64,000 nucleotides of DNA from Octopus vulgaris. Its lineage: Eukaryota. Where the stretch lies: the NCBI GenBank assembly GCA_951406725.2, contig OX597831.1, forward strand, positions 35,898,001 to 35,962,000. The letters are read 5' to 3'. The number at the start of each line of letters is the position of its first letter. The stretch's first letter is position 1. A model generated the notes under the pieces. The model had not been told where the DNA came from and did no database searches. It was given only the letters and a program-made list of their open reading frames with translations. Below are positions 63,866 through 64,000 of this stretch, piece by piece. A program made the translations under genes and the position numbers.

Positions 63866-64000
63866 ATCTTTGTGTCTAGTTGCAAGTACCATTGGTTATG
63901 CTTCAGTTGGGTTAGGTAATTGAAACAAATCGATCGATCGACTTCCGTTCTTCATCTATGCATCATGTATTGAAAATATAAACAATATGTTTTTGGAATT

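Overview
Eukaryotic, AT-rich, extremely microsatellite-dense non-coding DNA with the repeat landscape typical of a coleoid cephalopod (Octopus-like) genome; the taxon is inferred from repeat style only. No host protein-coding exon could be supported, and almost all ORF-track entries are translated microsatellites. The window is a mosaic of at least five SINE families (labelled A-E here), Dong/R4-type (RLE) and Tx1/L1-type LINE 3' fragments, a Penelope-like element (GIY-YIG), Tc1/mariner relics (one full-length with a probable DD36E triad), MITEs and Helitron-like pieces. The most striking signal is a recurring set of minimal type-I hammerhead ribozyme motifs (CUGANGA...GAAA-C-...-GUH with palindromic stem III), at about 10 positions in several short Penelope-derived or foldback elements, most of them in (TA)n tracts. 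These include a near-perfect 168-bp palindrome with a canonical hammerhead in each arm, and a Penelope pLTR preceded by a tRNA-like head. Different retroelement classes occupy different microsatellites (TAA, ATCT, TA). Most repeat boundaries are approximate.
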